A DNA stretch of 36,541 nucleotides, from positions 1-36,541 of the forward strand of contig CBFGIY010000017.1 in assembly GCA_965648935.1 (NCBI GenBank). The letters run 5' to 3'. The notes beneath the pieces are model-generated. The model ran no database searches and was not told the DNA's origin. It saw only the letters and a list, made by a program, of their open reading frames with translations. Position 1 is the stretch's first letter, and every line of letters starts with the position of its first letter. The position numbers and the translations under genes are program-made. This stretch comes from a candidate division WOR-3 bacterium. Its GTDB lineage: Bacteria; Hydrothermota; Tepidihabitantia; Tepidihabitantales; Tepidihabitantaceae. Below are positions 35,877 to 36,541 of this stretch, one piece after another.

Positions 35877-36541
35877 TCAGCGGCAGACAGTTATGCGGGC
35901 GGATTCGGTCGATCTGGCCGTTGCGGCGCGGACCGCGTACACGCCGGCCGGCACTGCGCGGCAGTCCCAGTCAAACCGGCCCGGGCCGGAGAGACTGGTC
36001 GAAGCGACCAGCGCGCCGGTGACGCTGTGAACCGCGATGCGCGCGGCCGGGCCTGACCAGCGCATGGTGGCGCGGGCCCGGGCGATGCCCGGCACGCTCA
36101 GGCGCGCTTCACCGGCGCGGGCCGGCGACTCGGCCACGGCATTGGGCGAATCGTAGACCCGCAGCAGCGTGCCGCCGCCGGCTATGGCGAGAAAACCGAG
36201 GTCGCTGATGGCCGGGTTTGATGTGCTGACGTTGAATATCGAGTCGCAATCGAGCGGCCAGAGGTCGGGCCAGAAGGAGTGGAGCGCGCCGCCGAGGTAA
36301 CCGCCGTTGGTCGCGTACACGACTCCGTCCGAGCCGACCGCGAGGTGTGCGGCGAAGACCGCGCTCGGGTCCTTGATGACCGGGCTCGAGTCGATCGCGG
36401 CGCCGGTCAGCGGGTCAAGCCGGATGACCCGGCCGTTGGAAAGGACATAGACCGATGAGTCCGGGCCGCAGGCGAGCTGGGCCCACATCGCGGCCGGGTC
36501 GGCGCTGACCTCGTGCACCCAGCGGATGTGCAGGCTGTCGC
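35877..36541 (-). CDS. Secreted PQQ-like beta-propeller with T9SS-like tail (5' truncated), paralog of the adjacent gene
   Basis: GPDSSVY...VIRLDPLTG..IDSSP...GTLLRVY aligns by eye with GPDRSLY...ILRLDSHTG..RDSSP...GTLLRAY. Tail PAGVYAVR. Confidence 0.8.
   Translation of the reverse strand, partial: DSLHIRWVHEVSADPAAMWAQLACGPDSSVYVLSNGRVIRLDPLTGAAIDSSPVIKDPSAVFAAHLAVGSDGVVYATNGGYLGGALHSFWPDLWPLDCDSIFNVSTSNPAISDLGFLAIAGGGTLLRVYDSPNAVAESPARAGEARLSVPGIARARATMRWSGPAARIAVHSVTGALVASTSLSGPGRFDWDCRAVPAGVYAVRAATARSTESARITVCR

Overview
High-GC bacterial chromosomal window made up mostly of housekeeping genes. The gene content (abundant secreted beta-propellers with T9SS/FlgD-like tails, a PlpD-type patatin, a DUF6754 operon) points to a diderm FCB-associated lineage, possibly candidate division WOR-3; this is an inference. 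In order: ade (5'-truncated), a LOG-like protein and an aldehyde dehydrogenase; an ECF sigma/zinc anti-sigma locus with back-to-back ECF promoters driving two small envelope proteins; an uncharacterised five-gene membrane cluster (two Fn3-DUF6754 paralogs plus three membrane proteins); purF; a PflX-like radical SAM; a pseudouridine synthase and patatin; mnmG and a QueG-like gene; a compact lexA-small ORF-dinB SOS cassette; GNAT, DUF192, glyS; a triple-repeat basic protein coupled to purD; acyl-CoA dehydrogenase, lpdA, lipB; an NrdG-like activase; HNH; a TPR-like protein; a methyltransferase; three secreted beta-propellers. Best leads: (1) the DUF6754 membrane complex with apparent inverted-topology pseudo-symmetry; (2) the lexA cassette, with a perfect TGTAAACA-N2-TGTTTACA operator over the start codon and a two-start accessory ORF carrying a clamp-binding-like motif; (3) a 168-bp intergenic tract with an invariant A every 12 nt; (4) widespread 16-bp-spacer sigma70-type promoters feeding leaderless genes. 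I saw no tRNA, rRNA, CRISPR array or transposase. All family names come from motif recognition, not from database searches.
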